64,000 bases of DNA from Thermodesulfobacteriota bacterium (GTDB lineage Bacteria > Desulfobacterota > GWC2-55-46), in assembly GCA_030583865.1 (NCBI GenBank), contig CP129479.1:1634819-1698818 (forward strand), given 5' to 3'. A model generated the notes under the pieces. The model saw only the letters and a list, made by a program, of their open reading frames with translations. It searched no databases and was not told the DNA's origin. The position numbers and the translations under genes are program-made. Below are positions 62,993 to 64,000 of the stretch, one piece after another; within the stretch, counting starts at the first letter, position 1, and every line of letters begins with the position of its first letter.

Positions 62993-64000
62993 TCATGACC
63001 CGGCGAACTCATTTTCAGCGGCCTCAGCTGAATCGAATTGCTCAAGAAGCCCCTTCCTCTTCATCTTCTCGATGAGGGTGGTCCTGTTGAGGTTCAGGTA
63101 CTCGGCGGCCTTCTTCTTTATGCCGTTCACCCTCTGGAGGGCCGAGATTATGAGCTCCTTCTCGAAGTTGTCGACAGCCACGTTGAAGTCTATGCCCTTG
63201 TCGGAGAGGTTGACTGACCCTGCGCTCAGGGTGAAGCCTTCGAGTTTAGCCTGGCGTATCTTGTCAGGCAGGTCGCGCAGGGTGATGGAGCTGCCGTCCT
63301 CCTTGAGCACCACGAGCCTCTCTATCAGGTTTTCGAGCTCCCGGATGTTCCCCGGCCAGTCGTATGCCGCAAGAAGCCTCATGGTGTCCGTGGCGGTCCC
63401 CCTTATCTTCTTCCTCTTCCGGGTGGATATCTTTTCAATGAAATGGTCTACGAGGACCGGTATGTCCTCATTCCTTTCCCTCAAGGGCGGAAGGTTAACC
63501 GGGATGACGTTCAGCCTGTAGTAGAGGTCGTTCCTGAACTTCTTCTCCGCGACCGCCTTTTCAAGGTCCTGGTTGGTCGCGGCAACGACCCTTACGTCGA
63601 CCTTGATGGTATTCCTGCCGCCGACCCTCTCGAACTCCTTCTCCTGGAGGACCCGTAGTATCTTTACCTGAAGGCCCGGGCTCATGTCCCCTATCTCGTC
63701 GAGGAAAACGGTCCCGTCGTTGGCGGCCTCGAACCTGCCTATCTTCGTGGCTATGGCGCCGGTGAACGCGCCTTTCTCATAGCCGAAGAGCTCGCTTTCA
63801 AGGAGGTCCTCGGGTATGGCCCCGCAGTTTATGGGCACAAAGGGCTTGTTCTTCCTCGAACTTCCGTAATGCAGGGCCCTGGCCACGAGCTCTTTGCCGG
63901 TGCCGCTCTCGCCGAGTATGAGTACCGTCGAGTCCGTGTCGGCTATCCTGTCTATGATGTCCCGTATCCTCTGTATCTCCTGGCTCGTGCCGAGGATCGC
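62993..64000 (-). CDS. sigma54-dependent transcriptional activator, AAA+ and HTH domains (N-terminus outside the window)
   Basis: The frame is open to base 64000. [44 protein letters not shown].., the GAFTGA motif (EKGAFTGAI), and C-terminal [18 protein letters not shown] candidate FlrA/FleQ-like master regulator, by position only. Confidence 0.88.
   Translation of the reverse strand, partial: AILGTSQEIQRIRDIIDRIADTDSTVLILGESGTGKELVARALHYGSSRKNKPFVPINCGAIPEDLLESELFGYEKGAFTGAIATKIGRFEAANDGTVFLDEIGDMSPGLQVKILRVLQEKEFERVGGRNTIKVDVRVVAATNQDLEKAVAEKKFRNDLYYRLNVIPVNLPPLRERNEDIPVLVDHFIEKISTRKRKKIRGTATDTMRLLAAYDWPGNIRELENLIERLVVLKEDGSSITLRDLPDKIRQAKLEGFTLSAGSVNLSDKGIDFNVAVDNFEKELIISALQRVNGIKKKAAEYLNLNRTTLIEKMKRKGLLEQFDSAEAAENEFAGS

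Noticed and set aside
1-64000. Search for CRISPR arrays, tRNA/rRNA genes, transposases, integrases, phage or defence-system genes
   Set aside because: None was seen. All sizeable intergenic regions were read, and they contain only promoters, terminators and the single structured element at 51248-51440. There is no array-like periodic repeat and no IS-type terminal inverted repeats flanking an ORF.

Overview
GC-rich bacterial chromosome segment, with heavy AGG-Arg and ATA-Ile codon use. Essentially every real gene is on the minus strand. The long plus-strand ORFs in the track are antisense shadows. About 50 kb (13.8-64 kb) is a near-complete flagellar, motility and chemotaxis supercluster. Read along the minus strand it runs: partial sigma54 activator; AMIN-TPR protein with flgS/flgR-type two-component pair; flgBC-fliEFGHIJ-ylxF; fliK-flgDE; fliLMNOPQR-flhBAFG-fliA; HEAT-cheR-cheY2-cheY-cheZ-cheA-cheB-motAB; cheW-MCP-HDOD; flgFGAHI-flgJ; flgMN-flgKL-csrA-fliW. 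The first 13.6 kb is a pseudaminic-acid-type nonulosonic acid (flagellin glycosylation) island, pseB-pseC-pseI-pseG plus many non-canonical tailoring enzymes. It ends in a GH57-like gene that runs off the window and is missing from the ORF track. I read seven TGGCAY-N5-TTGCW sigma54 promoters, two or three sigma28-type promoters and three strong intrinsic terminators directly from the sequence. These split the cluster into transcription units. The most notable points are: (1) the only cheA is frameshifted by a perfect 32-bp tandem duplication; (2) a 70-aa stand-alone histidine-kinase DHp-like mini-protein lies between flgI and flgJ; (3) the atypical enzyme set of the sigma54-driven glycosylation island; (4) a periplasmic AMIN-TPR protein is co-transcribed with a soluble kinase and sigma54 regulator; (5) a structured repeat-bearing 3' region follows ylxF. 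I saw no CRISPR array, tRNA/rRNA, transposase or prophage. No flagellin, fliD or fliS gene is in the window. The lineage cannot be fixed from the sequence. The M23-type FlgJ, FlhF/FlhG and sigma54 hierarchy fit a diderm of the Desulfobacterota/Nitrospirota kind, but this is a weak inference.
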